Assembly (NCBI GenBank): GCA_002633005.1
Contig: NMRA01000181.1
Span: forward strand, 630,959 to 694,958
DNA from: Phoronis australis
Taxonomy: Eukaryota; Animalia; Phoronida
Reading direction: 5' to 3'
Length of the DNA stretch: 64,000 bases
Position 1 is the first letter of the stretch; every line of letters starts with the position of its first letter. Below, piece by piece: positions 13,601-28,600 of the stretch. The notes beneath the pieces are model-generated. The model was not told the origin of the DNA. It ran no database searches and worked only from the letters and a program-made list of their open reading frames with translations. Position numbers and translations under genes: made by a program.

Positions 13601-16600
13601 TGTTCAAGATCATCGCAAACACAGCTCACACATAGTTCCAGTATATTTGTTTTGCTTTGTTTTTCAGATAAGTGTACTGGAGGTAAAGCGGACGTGGTTT
13701 TCATCCTTGACGAATCCAGCAGCATATATCCACGTGACTTTAAGAAGCAACTTCAATTCGTCAATGACGTTATCGATTCGTTCTCAGTAGGACCCAGCCA
13801 AGTACACGTTGGAGTAATGACGTTCTCAACAAGGCCAAACATGCGATTTGAGTTGGGAACTCACTCTAATAAAGACTCCGTCCAGAAGGCTGTGCTTGGT
13901 ATCAGGCAGAACGGCGGTGGTACTTACACCTTTGATGCTCTTGACTTTGCTGTGGAAAAGTTTTTTAAGAAATCACGAGACGACCCTGAAGTGGCCAAAA
14001 TTGCTATAGTTATGACAGACGGTGAGTCAGCTGATAAAGACAAAACTTTGGCGTCTGGTAGAAATGCGCAAGAACAAGGTTTCGAGGTATTTGCCCTCGG
14101 TGTAGGTCCAAACGTGGACCGGGAAGAACTTGGGTACATTGGCGGAGACCACGTATTCACAGCTTCGGACTTTAGTGCTCTTCAAGACATCAAAGCAGAG
14201 TTCATTGGAAAAACTAAAGGTGTCTGCACTGAACCAGGTAGGCTAGCTCTTACCTTTTCTTACTGCAACATGATACATGTTATTCTCAGCAGTCACTGAT
14301 TTACAGCTGCTTATCGTTAGAAGCTTTCTGTTCCTGCACGATTAGAACCAGGCCTGTGTTTCAGTCTTTCAAGAATTTTTAGTTTGCTGTTCTTTGGAAA
14401 ATTGTCCTACTGGTTGTGTTACTACGTCGAACCTGACCGGACATTTCAGTTAGACAATAGCTTCAGATTTACACATCTCAATTTATCCCTTTTTGGCATT
14501 CCAGTTGACATATCAAATCTACAAATGTCGACGAGTAGCTTCCACTTTTCACGTATTTTTAGTTTTCTATTCAGATCGCTAGTTTTAGATGTTCTGCAAC
14601 CCAACCTAATGCTTTTAATTTAGCAACCCAACCCCCTGCTATCGATGGTCAATGGGGCGACTGGCGCGCATGGAGTCAATGTTCAGTTACCTGCGGGACC
14701 GGTGAACAGTCAAGGGAGCGTGAGTGTGACAATCCTGCATCACAGAATGATGGAAATAACTGCCGGGGACCTTCTCGAGAAACAAGAACGTGTGATAGAC
14801 CACCGTGCATAACTCCAAGTTAGTTGAGAAATTGCCTATACTGATATATTGACTCATGCATTATATTCTGACTCCCGAGCTTCTTATAGAATGCAGTTCC
14901 AATATTCTCCATTGTAACTTAGAATCTAGCGTTGTCTAGTCTTATTTGTTATGTTCCGCATTTGCTATCCTCTAATAGCTTCACTCTCCCTAAAATTTAG
15001 CTACCCCTCCCCCAGTGATAGACGGACAGTGGGGCAACTGGCGCCCATGGAGTGAGTGCTCAGTCAGTTGTGGCATTGGTGATCAATATCGTGAACGAAG
15101 GTGTGACAATCCATCCCCTCAAAATGGCGGAGATGATTGCAATGGTTCGTCCCGAGAGACGAAAATCTGTCGCGGTCCGCCGTGTCTTGTACCAAGTTAG
15201 TGATTTCCGTTATTGTGTTCCAGCTCCAATTGCACAGCGCCTTATCAACCGTATACTAGTCTGACTAATGCGTGACTTTATAACCATAAGTGCCTTATGT
15301 CATTTCGTTCCCAACTATAACTTTGACAATTGAAATTCCAGTAATTGTGAAAACCTCGTTGAAAACACAACAAACCTTTTGTTTGAAAGCTTGATTCTGA
15401 TGCGCTCGTAGTGTCACAACAATCTCCTTTCTTCACGTGTGCAGCTATGTAGTAAAATACCGAGAGACATAAAAAGCAAAGAAATTAAAACACTAGCTGT
15501 ATTTCGAGACTGCATGTCTCATCATTATGCAATATATGTTCATTCCACTTATTGCCTGATGATGAGACATACAGTCTCGAAATATGGCTAGTGTTTTAAT
15601 TTGTTTGTTTGTTTGTTTGATTGTTATGTTTCTCGGTGTTTTTCTACATAGATGCGCACGTGAAGAAAGTAGATTGTTCCTACACTATGAGCGAATCAAT
15701 ATCAAGCTTTCTAACAAAAAGTTTGGTCATGTTTTCGACGAAGTTTGTGTAAACGAAGGGCTGCTACCAAATTGTACTAATTGCGAAAACCCTAAATCTT
15801 AGGATTTCTGGACAGAGCTGATACAAACTTAAAGTTAACCGACTTTCGGTTATGTCTGCATGTAAAATCTTATTATATGGCGTGCTGTTTCAGTTGATGG
15901 GCTCTGGGGACAGTGGAACGATTGGGGCGACTGTTCATCGTCTTGCGGCGATGGAGTACAGACCAGGCAAAGGGAATGTAACAATCCATCTCCTCAGGAC
16001 GGCGGCAGAGACTGTCGAGGCATAGCTATTGATTCGCGTTTGTGTAGCAAAGGACCGTGTCCTGGTAATTGTTTTAAGAAAATTTTCAATGCAGCGATGA
16101 AACATAAGTTCCAAAATGTAGGTAGATCCTGGAATGTCATTTCAATATAACAAAATAGCCGTTCACTATTCTTGTTCATTTAGTTACCATTTCGCAAACT
16201 TTTGCTGTTCTAGTGGATGGCCAATGGGGTCCTTGGGAAGAATATAGTCAGTGCTCTGTCTCATGTGGGCCGGGAAGCAAAACGAGACGACGTCAGTGTA
16301 ACGAGCCATCTCCCCGCCATGGAGGCCGTGACTGCGTGGGGAATGCTGAAGAAACCAACATATGCATAGCTCCTTCATGCCAACTTGAGCCACTAAGTGA
16401 GCAAATTGATATTAATTACGTGATTGCTCAAGTTAATCTACATTTATAACTGCAGCTATCACGTACATATTTACATATTTCCTTAGTCAGAGTATTTCCA
16501 CAAGTCTTGTTTTCATGCATACTATTGTAGATCCATAGAGCTCGCATGTCTTTGACAAGTATAGATCGTTTAATTTGTTTACGCGAGAGATATGAAGAAT

Positions 16601-19600
16601 AAGTGAAAATAGGTGAAGTCATTGGTTGTGCATAGAAAAATGTCTATTGAATTGTACTGGGTTTTGGCTACGGGAAATTCAGATTATGTTAATATTGACA
16701 TTTGTTGTTTTATTTGGACTACGTGCCTGACTCAAAAACCTCATGTTTTTCATTTCAAAGAGAAGAAGTGCAGTGGCGCAAAAGCAGACGTTGTGTTCAT
16801 ACTTGACGAGTCCAGCAGCATATACCCACGTGACTTTAAGAAGCAACTTCAATTCGTCAATGATGTTATCGATTCGTTCTCAGTAGGACCGACCGAAGTA
16901 CATGTCGGTGTAATGACTTTCTCAACAAAGCCAAACATGCGATTTAAGCTAGGAACTCACTCTGATAAAGACTCCGTTCAGAAGGCTGTGCTTGGTATCA
17001 GACAGAAAGGTGGTGGTACTTACACCTTCGATGCTCTTGACTTTGCTGTGGATAAGTTCTTTAAGAAGTCACGTGATGACCCAGAAATTGCCAAAATTGC
17101 AATTGTTATGACAGACGGTGAATCTGCCGATAAAGACAAAACTTTGGCATCTGGTAGAAATGCTCAAGAACAAGGCTTCGACGTATTTGCCCTCGGTGTA
17201 GGTCCAAACGTGGACCCGGAAGAACTTGGGTTTATCGGGGGAGACAACGTATTCACAGCTTCGGACTTTGGTGCTCTTCAAGACATCAAAGCAGAATTCA
17301 TTACTAAAACTAAAAGTGTCTGCACCGAGACAGGTAAATTTTAGTAGTAAATGTAATCTCGAAACTAGAGCCATGGAGGTTTTGGATTAGATGTTTTGTG
17401 GCTAATATTTAGCAGTTTTTGTTTTTACACTAATGATTGTGTGCAACACAGAATTGCATTCCGTGTATTATAGCTACGGGATAGTCCAGGCCTCCTTAGC
17501 GTATTAGAATTGTATCAATTCATATAAGCTCACTTTGCTGAAACCTTCTCAGCATGATGCAATCTGATTCCTAGTAACCACGGTTGCGATATCTATTTTC
17601 GCGCGGTACACGTCCTGTTGCCCTGTCGAGAACATGTGTAGAGTGGGAGAATATACAGTATATGTACATTACCACATGGGCGGTGCCCCTTTGGGGGCTG
17701 GGGGCTATAGTCCCCCCTCCCACCTACACGTGTTTCGGTGCTGCGCCGCCCATGTACATGTACAAAGACCCCAAATTTGGCAGATAGTAAGTGGGACAAG
17801 AAGCGCCTGTTGTGTCTGCTTTATCAGCTACTCAAACAAGGCGCCTTTGATTGTTCTGCGTCACCTATCTGCGAATTTTGTGAATCTAGCCATTGTCGAA
17901 AAACTAGTTTCACTTCTCATGCGTTTTAAACCTGTGTATTTGAGTCGCAGCAACAATTAAAAGAATTGGAATTTTCTGTTCTAGTGATTCCAAAACGCGT
18001 TGAAAATTTTCGCTTCATTTTCGGTGTCCCACCCATGCACGCACCCAGGGGGGCACGGGAGGGCTCGAACGAGCCCTCCATTTGGCGAAGGGGGCAAAAA
18101 GATCCGAATCAGAGAAACAAAAACTCTGAAAAAGTAAAAAACTAGATAAAAGTCAACTAAAAAGACACGAACTAGTAAAATTCGGCGAATGTACACTTCA
18201 TATCTCTGAACATACCCCGTGAATCTTAGTAAAAGGTGCAATACACATTCTCAAAAATTTAAGACCCCCATCCATTTTTAAGCTGGGTTGAAGCATGCGC
18301 TTGATTGTTTAGCTTTCTTACTTGCACGTATTTGATCGGAAGCTTCTTTATAATCGGCCTAATCGCTTTCAGACATTTTTGTCACTAACATGTGTTGCAG
18401 CCACATCAATTTTGAATTATTGTTAACTGTAGAATTAGCTCCCCTGGTATCTACGGACGATGAGTGAGCTCTCCATGAGTTGTGGGTCTGGTAAACAGTT
18501 CAGAGAACGTGCATGTGACAAGCCGGCACTATAAAATGGCCATGATGACTTTCCAGAACAGTCTAAAGATGGTAGACTGCGTGAACAGCCGCTTTGGTGT
18601 TAGTGACTAAGTCTACAACATCTTTCTATAATTTTATGATATTGAATTAACGTTTCGCTTTCACTTAAAAATTGTCAGCTTAAATACCAATTTTTTTGCT
18701 TAAATGAATTATGTTCCCGTTTTCGCGTTCCGGTTTGTGTTAGCATTGGACGCGTTAACGCTGCCTTCTGAACTGAGTACTCTCGCACATATATGTCAAT
18801 TGATAGTTCCAACACTACCTTTCAAAATTTAGAAACCCCACCCCCTGCCGTAGATGGCCAATGGGGCGACTGGCGTCCGTGGAGTCCGTGTTCCGTCACC
18901 TGTGNTCAATATCAAGCTTTCTAACAAAAAGTTTGGTCATGTTTTCGACGAAGTTTGTGTAAACGAAGGGCTGCTACCAAATTGTACTAATTGCGAAAAC
19001 CCTAAATCTTAGGATTTCTGGACAGAGCTGATACAAACTTAAAGTTAACCGACTTTCGGTTATGTCTGCATGTAAAATCTTATTATATGGCGTGCTGTTT
19101 CAGTTGATGGGCTCTGGGGACAGTGGAACGATTGGGGCGACTGTTCATCGTCTTGCGGCGATGGAGTACAGACCAGGCAAAGGGAATGTAACAATCCATC
19201 TCCTCAGGACGGCGGCAGAGACTGTCGAGGCATAGCTATTGATTCGCGTTTGTGTAGCAAAGGACCGTGTCCTGGTAATTGTTTTAAGAAAATTTTCAAT
19301 GCAGCGATGAAACATAAGTTCCAAAATGTAGGTAGATCCTGGAATGTCATTTCAATATAACAAAATAGCCGTTCACTATTCTTGTTCATTTAGTTACCAT
19401 TTCGCAAACTTTTGCTGTTCTAGTGGATGGCCAATGGGGTCCTTGGGAAGAATATAGTCAGTGCTCTGTCTCATGTGGGCCGGGAAGCAAAACGAGACGA
19501 CGTCAGTGTAACGAGCCATCTCCCCGCCATGGAGGCCGTGACTGCGTGGGGAATGCTGAAGAAACCAACATATGCATAGCTCCTTCATGCCAACTTGAGC

Positions 19601-22600
19601 CACTAAGTGAGCAAATTGATATTAATTACGTGATTGCTCAAGTTAATCTACATTTATAACTGCAGCTATCACGTACATATTTACATATTTCCTTAGTCAG
19701 AGTATTTCCACAAGTCTTGTTTTCATGCATACTATTGTAGATCCATAGAGCTCGCATGTCTTTGACAAGTATAGATCGTTTAATTTGTTTACGCGAGAGA
19801 TATGAAGAATAAGTGAAAATAGGTGAAGTCATTGGTTGTGCATAGAAAAATGTCTATTGAATTGTACTGGGTTTTGGCTACGGGAAATTCAGATTATGTT
19901 AATATTGACATTTGTTGTTTTATTTGGACTACGTGCCTGACTCAAAAACCTCATGTTTTTCATTTCAAAGAGAAGAAGTGCAGTGGCGCAAAAGCAGACG
20001 TTGTGTTCATACTTGACGAGTCCAGCAGCATATACCCACGTGACTTTAAGAAGCAACTTCAATTCGTCAATGATGTTATCGATTCGTTCTCAGTAGGACC
20101 GACCGAAGTACATGTCGGTGTAATGACTTTCTCAACAAAGCCAAACATGCGATTTAAGCTAGGAACTCACTCTGATAAAGACTCCGTTCAGAAGGCTGTG
20201 CTTGGTATCAGACAGAAAGGTGGTGGTACTTACACCTTCGATGCTCTTGACTTTGCTGTGGATAAGTTCTTTAAGAAGTCACGTGATGACCCAGAAATTG
20301 CCAAAATTGCAATTGTTATGACAGACGGTGAATCTGCCGATAAAGACAAAACTTTGGCATCTGGTAGAAATGCTCAAGAACAAGGCTTCGACGTATTTGC
20401 CCTCGGTGTAGGTCCAAACGTGGACCCGGAAGAACTTGGGTTTATCGGGGGAGACAACGTATTCACAGCTTCGGACTTTGGTGCTCTTCAAGACATCAAA
20501 GCAGAATTCATTACTAAAACTAAAAGTGTCTGCACCGAGACAGGTAAATTTTAGTAGTAAATGTAATCTCGAAACTAGAGCCATGGAGGTTTTGGATTAG
20601 ATGTTTTGTGGCTAATATTTAGCAGTTTTTGTTTTTACACTAATGATTGTGTGCAACACAGAATTGCATTCCGTGTATTATAGCTACGGGATAGTCCAGG
20701 CCTCCTTAGCGTATTAGAATTGTATCAATTCATATAAGCTCACTTTGCTGAAACCTTCTCAGCATGATGCAATCTGATTCCTAGTAACCACGGTTGCGAT
20801 ATCTATTTTCGCGCAGTATACGTCCTGTTGCCCGGTCGAGAATATGTGTAGAGTGGGAGAATATACAGTATATGTACATTACCACATGGGCGGTGCCCCT
20901 TAGGGGGCTGGGGGCTATAGNNNNNNNNNNGCCCCCCCCCCCCCCCCTCCTCCCACCTACACTTGTTTCGGTGCTGCGCCGCCCATGTACATGTACAAAG
21001 ACCCCAAATTTCGCAGACAGTAAGTGGGACACCAAGCGCCTGTTGTGTCTGCTTTATCTGTCAGCTGCTCAAACAAGGCGCCTTTGATTGTTCTGCGTCA
21101 CCTATCTGCATATTTTGTGAATCTACCTGTTGTCGAAAAACTAGTTTCACTGCTCATGCGTTTTAAACCTGTGCATTTGAGTCGCAGCAACAATTAAAAG
21201 AATTAGAATTTTCTGTTCTAGTGATTCCAAAACGCGTTGGAAATTTCCGCTTCATTTTCGGTGTCCCACCCATGCACGCACCCAGGGGGGCTCGGGAGGG
21301 CTCGAGCGAGCCCTCCATTTGGCGAAGGGGGCAAAAAGATCCGAATCAGAGAAACAAAAACTCCGAAAAAGTAGAAAATGAGACAAAAGTCAACTAAAAA
21401 GACAGGAACTACTAAAATTCGGCGAATGTACACTTCATATCTCTGAACAAACCCCGTGAATCTTAGTAAAAGGTGCACATTCTCAAAAATTCAAAACTTC
21501 CCATCATTTTTAAGCTGGGTGCAAGCATGCGCTTGATTGTTTACCATTCTTACTTGCACGTATTTGATAGGAAGATTCTTTATAAAAGGCCTAATCGCTT
21601 TCAGACATTTTTGTCACTAACATGTCTTGCAGCCACATCAATTTTGCATTATTGTAAACTGTAGAATTAGTACCCCTGGTATCTACGGACGATGAGTGAG
21701 CACTCCATGAGTTGTGGGTCTGGTAAACAGTTCAGAGAACGTGCATGTGACAAGTCGGCACTATAAAATGGCCACGATGACTTTCCAGAACAGTCTAAAG
21801 ATGGTAGACTGCGTGAGCAGCCGCTTTGGTGTTAGTGACTAAGTCTACAACATCTTTCTATAATTTAAGATATTGAATTAATGTTTCGCTTTCACTTAAA
21901 AATTGTCAGCTTAAATACCAACTTTTTTGCTTAAATGGTATATTATGTTCCCGTTTTCGCGTTCCGGTTTGTGTTAGCATTGGACGCGTTAACGCTGTCT
22001 TCTGAACTGAGTACTTTCGCACATATATGTCAATTGGTAGTTCCAACACTACATTTCAAAATTTAGAAACCCCACCCCCTGCCTTAGATGGCCAATGGGG
22101 CGACTGGCGTCCATGGAGTCCGTGTTCCGTCACCTGTGGGATTGGTGAACAGTCGAGGGAACGCGAGTGTGATAGCCCTGCACCACAAGAGGGCGGTGAC
22201 GTCTGTCAGGGACTCTCGCGAGAAACTAGGACGTGCGAGGATCTTCCTCTATGTGTTCAGACAAGTTAGTTGAGAAATGAAAACCTCCTTTCGATATTTC
22301 GAATACTATTATTTACTATTCTATGTTTGTTTTCACTTAAATAGTGTTTCGTTAGATTTATTGTAATTAGCTTGATTCCTTGTTTAATTGACCGTATGCA
22401 TGATGCGATATTCATTTGTTGGTGCTAAATTAAAGATGTTTAACTAAACGTGTTTTATATGGGTGTCGTTCTCAGCCGAAGTTGGTGGTCCGAGTACTGG
22501 TACGTATGCTTACTCGATGCAGCAAAGGGGGCTAGTAAAACACCCGTGTCAAAACACATGTAATTACCACATAATAGAGATTTAACGCACATTTGTTCGC

Positions 22601-25600
22601 CGACTGTTTTCCCGTACAATAATCCTGTCAAGTGTCGAACGATATTCCTTTGGTTTACTGCACAACCACGCGGCACGTTTTTGTGGATGTGCGTCCATGA
22701 AAACATATGTGGTATAAGAGTACCCTTGCTACACACGTGCAATAACCGTGTCTCGTGTCCATATAATGACGTTATTAAACGATCACGTGACAAGCAGTTG
22801 TTGAACAAGCAAGAAAATGGAGTAGGTGAATAAATTCGGGTCCAATCTCAATAGCTGATATCAATGTGGTAAATTATATACATTTGACATTAGCCTCGGT
22901 TGCTGCACCGAGTAAGTAATTTCACAAAGCCTCACGACAGCCCCGGCTAATAAAACCATCCACATAAAAACACGTGTACAAAAACATAAAATTTATTTTT
23001 TGTTATCTAAATAGATTGAGAAGAGAGATGTTTACAAGCATTGAAGTGTTCATGACACTTCAGTGTCAGGTATTTAAAAAATATTCTAACGTATTGTATA
23101 GTTACGACGTTATTTCACTGGCACCACCTAATGAACATCGTGCACCTCGTTATCCCATACATATCCTACGTTGATGCTTCTTAGTCCGTTTGTAGTTCAA
23201 ACTTTGAAACTGTAATTCTATCGCTTGAACCTACTCTGAATTCTCAAACCCTTTTACTTACTGCACTGGAAATGCTAATCTACATTACCCGCTTTGATTC
23301 CTTTAGCAATCCCTCCCCCTGCTATAGACGGTCAATGGGGCGACTGGCGCAAATGGAGCCAGTGTTCCGTCAGTTGCGGAACTGGCGAGCAGTCGAGAGA
23401 ACGCGAGTGCGATAGTCCTGCACCACAAAACGGCGGGAAGGACTGCCAAGGACGGTCGACTGAAGAGCGAGGATGTGAGGGGCCTCCTTGTATTAGGCCT
23501 GGTTAGTAGAGTTGTAAAATTTATCAATTGCCTTTTTTTCTGCAGCACCACAAATAAAGTGTTTTCGTACACTTAACATGCAACCCGATTGTATTTAACA
23601 GTTGACGGCCAGTGGGGACCTTGGGAGGCTTTCAGTGAGTGTTCAGTTACCTGTGGAGACGGGAGTAAAACCAGGCGACGACAGTGCAACAACCCAGCAC
23701 CCAGTGATGGAGGTCGTGACTGTGTCGGTAATGCTGAGGAGATCACCATCTGTTTACGGCCGTCATGCGCTGCACCACCACCCAGTAAGTAGCCTAACTA
23801 CGTTACATGTACACATAACTTTAACGACACTCGGTACAACCGACACTTCTTATTTTCGGACTCGTGTCATATCCAAACCAATATCGCATCCACTATGATT
23901 CTGACTTGTATATCTAATGCAACAACTAGTTGCGTTCATTTTATTTGGAAACATGTTCAAGATCATTGTAAACCCACCTAACAAACAGCTCTAGACTAGT
24001 AAATTTGTTTTGCTCTGTTTTTCAGATAAGTGCACTGGAGGTAAAGCTGACGTAGTTTTCATCCTTGACGAGTCCAGCAGCATATACCCACGTGACTTTA
24101 AGAAGCAACTTCAATTCGTCAATGACGTCATCGACTCGTTCTCAGTAGGACCCAGTCAAGTACACGTAGGAGTAATGACGTTCTCAACAAGGCCAAACAT
24201 GCGATTTGAGTTGGGAACTCACTCTAATAAAGACTCCGTCCAGAAGGCTGTGCTTGGTATCAGGCAGAACGGCGGTGGTACTTACACCTTTGATGCGCTT
24301 GACTTTGCTGTGGATAAGTTCTTTAAGAAATCACGAAACGATCCTGAAGTTGCCAAAATTGCTATAGTTATGACAGACGGTGAGTCGGCTGATAAAGACA
24401 AAACTTTGGCGTCTGGTAGAAATGCTCAAGAACAAGGTTTCGAGGTATTTGCCCTGGGTGTAGGTCCAAATGTTGACCCTGAAGAACTCGGGTACATTGG
24501 CGGAGACCACGTGTTCACAGCTTCGGACTTTGGTGCTCTTCAAGACATCAAAGCAGAGTTCATTGGAAAAACTAAAGGTGTTTGCACTGAACCAGGTAGG
24601 GTGTATCTTCCCTTTTATTACCGCAGCATAATACAAGTTATTCATAGTCGTTAGTCGTTTACACGCTACAGCTTCTTATTGTTAGAAGCTTTCTGTTCCT
24701 GCACGGTTAGAACCAGGCCTGCGTTTCGTAGAATTTCAACAATTTTGAGTTAGCTGTTCTTTGGAAAATTGTTCTTAATGATTGTGTTATTGCGTGGAAC
24801 CAGGCCGGAAACTTCAGTTAGACAATAGCTTCAGATTTACACATCTTATTTTATAGCTTTTTTGGCATTTCTTTTGACATTACCAAATCTACATGGAATG
24901 TCGACGGCTTGGTTCCACTTTTCACTTATTTTTAGTTCCTAATTAGATCGGTAGTTCTATATGATCTGCAACACAACCTAATGCTTTTAATTTAGCAACC
25001 CCACCCCCTGTTATCGATGGTCAGTGGGGCGACTGGCGTCCGTGGAGTCAATGCTCAGTTACCTGTGGGACAGGTGAACAGTTGAGAGAACGCGAATGTG
25101 ACAGTCCTGCGCCACAGAATGGTGGCGACAACTGCCAGGGACCTTCTCGAGAAACAAGGACGTGTAATAAACCACCGTGCTTAACTCCAAGTTAGTTGAA
25201 ATATTACTTATCCTGACATGTCGACTCATTCATTCAGTTTTAACTTTTGAGCTTCTTTTAGCATGCATTCCCAATAGTCTGCATACTGAGTTAGAATCTA
25301 GCCTGATCTAGTCTTATTTGTTATCTTCCGCCTTTGCTGTCCTCTAATAGCTTCACTCTCCCCAAAATTTAGCTACCCCGCCTCCAGTGATAAACGGACA
25401 ATGGGGCGACTGGCGCCCATGGAGTGAGTGTTCAGTCAGTTGTGGCATTGGTGATCAATATCGTGAACGGAGATGTAACAATCCATCCCCTCAAAATGGC
25501 GGAGATGATTGCAGTGGTTCATCACGAGAGACACAAATGTGTAGAGGACCGCCGTGTCTGGTACCAAGTTAGTGATTTCCAACACTGTGTACAGGCTCCA

Positions 25601-28600
25601 AATAGACTGCACCTTAACGACCTATCTTAGTCTGAATACTGTATCACTTTTTAAGTATAAGTGTCTTATTTTTTCATTCTTACCTATAACCTTGTCAATT
25701 GAAATTCCAGTAATTGGTTTGAAAACCGGAAGCACTATATTTCTGGACAGACGTGATACGAACTTAACGGTAACCGTGTTTCTGTTATATCTGTATGTAA
25801 ACTGTCATTGTGTGACTTACGTGCTGTTTCAGTCGATGGACAGTGGGGGAAGTGGAACGATTGGGGCGACTGTTCTTTGTCTTGCGGCTATGGAGTACAA
25901 ATCAGGCAAAGGGAATGTAACAACCCAGCTCCCCAGGACGGCGGGAGAGACTGTCAAGGCGTGGCTATTGTTTCGCGTTCGTGTGCCAATCGGCCGTGTC
26001 CTGGTAATTATTTAAAGAGATTATCAATACAACCATCAAGTGTATGTTTCAAAGTGTCATTTCAATATAACGAAATTGCGTTCACTGTTGGTCTTATCCC
26101 AATTGATTTCGCTTAACGTCACCATTTCGAAAACTTTACTGTTCTAGTTGATGGCCAATGGGGACCTTGGAAAGAATATAGCCCGTGCTCTGTCTCATGT
26201 GGGACCGGAAGCAAAACGAGACGACGCGAGTGTAACGAGCCATCTCCCCGCCATGGAGGTCGTGACTGCGTGGGGAATGCCGAAGAAAACGACATATGTA
26301 CTGGAGCTCCGTGCCAAGCTGGGCCCCTGAGTGAGCAAATTGACTTTAATTACGAGACAACACGATTTAATCTAAATTAAGATGTACATTTGCAACTTTC
26401 ACATATTTCCTAGTCTCCATGTTTTCACCATCCTTGCTTCTTCGCATAAAATTGCAGATCAAAACCGCTGGCATGTCTTCCAAACGTTTGTTTGTGTAAC
26501 ATAGATATGAAGAATAAGTAGGAATAGATTTAATCATTGGTTTTATTGGGGAAAATATCTAATGAATTGAGCCGACATTTGGCTACGGAAAGTTTGACAC
26601 ATTTTGTTTAATTTGACCCACGTTCTTGACGCTAATACCCCATTTTTTTCATTTAAAGAGAAAAAGTGCAGTGGCGCAAAAGCAGATGTTGTGTTCATAC
26701 TTGACGAGTCCAGCAGCATATACCCACGTGACTTTAAGAAGCAACTTCAATTCGTCAGCGATGTTATCGATTCGTTCTCAGTAGGACCTACCGAAGTACA
26801 TGTCGGTGTAATGACTTTCTCAACAAGGCCAAACATGCGTTTCGAACTAGGAACTCACTCTGATAAAGACTCCGTTCAGAAGGCTGTGCTTGGAATCAGG
26901 CAGAAAGGTGGTGGTACTTACACCTTCGATGCTCTTGACTTTGCTGTGGATAAGTTCTTCAAGAAGTCACGAGATGACCCAGAAATTGCCAAAATTGCAA
27001 TCGTTATGACAGACGGTGAATCGGCAGATAAAGACAAAACTTTGGCGTCTGGTAGAAATGCTCGAGAACAAGGCTTCGACGTATTTGCCCTCGGTGTAGG
27101 TCCAAATGTTGACCCTGAAGAACTCGGGTTTATTGGAGGAGACAACGTATTCACAGCCTCTGACTTTGGTGCTCTTCAAGACATCAAAGCAGAATTCATT
27201 ACTAAAACTAAAAGCGTCTGCACTGAGACAGGTAAATTTTAATACTAAACATAATCTAGTTACTAGAACCGTGGATGTTTTAGGTTAAGTGTTTTGTTTC
27301 TGATATTTAGACGGTTTTTGTTTTTACATTGATAGTTGTTGGCGTTTTGTTATTATAGATACTGGATAGCAGAGACTTCCACATTGTATTAGACTTAGAA
27401 CATTTCTGGCTCATTTGTTGTAGCCTTCTCAGCGTAATTTACTGTCCTCCCTAGTAACTACTGTTGCGACACCTGTTGTCGCCCTATGCACATGTTGTCG
27501 CCTGGTCGACAACATGTGTGGAGTGGAACAATACACATGTATGTCACAAGGACCCATCCTCCCACAGATAATAAGTGGGACAACAGCCGCCCGTTGCGTC
27601 TGTGATATCAGCTGCTCAAACAACGCCCTTTCGATTTCTCCTCGCCAAGTCTAGTAGCTTCATTCCACAATAGTCCCAAAGTTGCGTTTTTCCGTAGCAA
27701 AATTGATAAATGTCCCTTTAAAATCCAAGATTTCTGCCATCTACTTGAAAACCTGTTGTTGAAATGTGGTTTCTGTTTTCTTCTGCACGGTTAGCGTGAG
27801 CGAATTTTTTGGTGTAAGTCCAGAAACATGATTTTGTAGTGTGATTGGGTCACTGTGCCCTTCGAAAGTAAAACCTAGTTGTTACTTATTGTTCGGTAAC
27901 GTTGTTCTCGATTCTATAGCTTGCTTACCTGCATGTATTTGGTTCAAATATTATTTGTAAAATCCCTAATTGCTTTGTGACATTTTCGTCACTAACCTGT
28001 CTTGCAGCCACATCACATTTACATTATTTGTGAACTGTAGAATTAACACTTTCCCTCTTATTAACGGACGATAGAGCGATTGGCGCGCGTCGAGTGCGCG
28101 CTACATGAGGTGTGGGACGGTCAAACTGTCCAGAGAACGTGAATGTGGCAACCCGGCGACACAAAATGACAGCGATGACTGCCCACAAGATTCTACAGAT
28201 AGTAGACTACGTGAACAGCCTCTTTGCTGTTAGTGACGAAGGCTACAATATTTTGCTACAGCTTAAGTCAAATTAATATTTGGCATTGGCCTTCAAATTG
28301 TCACCTCAAACAAAAAAACACGATTTTTTGCTTAACTGGCATATTTTTCAGTTTTCGCTTGCCAATGAACTTGTGCCGGTTTGCGTTATCAGAGGACACG
28401 TTCTCACTTCTTTCAAAACTGCGTACTTTTGCTCTTCATTCCCAACTGTTGTAAGTACCAACAGTACCTTTTAAAATTTAGAAACCCCACCACCTCCCGC
28501 TAATGGCCATTGGGGCGACTGGCGTCCGTGGAGTCCGTGTTCCGTCACCTGTGGGATTGGTGAACAGTCGAGGGAACGCGAGTGTGATAGCCCGGCACCA

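Larger units (their letters stand above)
18906..22140 (+). other. Duplicate of ~15696-18904 (offset ~3210): assembly/haplotype duplicate or very recent tandem copy
   Basis: Starts after the n at 18905; appears identical to ~20810, then shows scattered substitutions. Confidence 0.7.
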
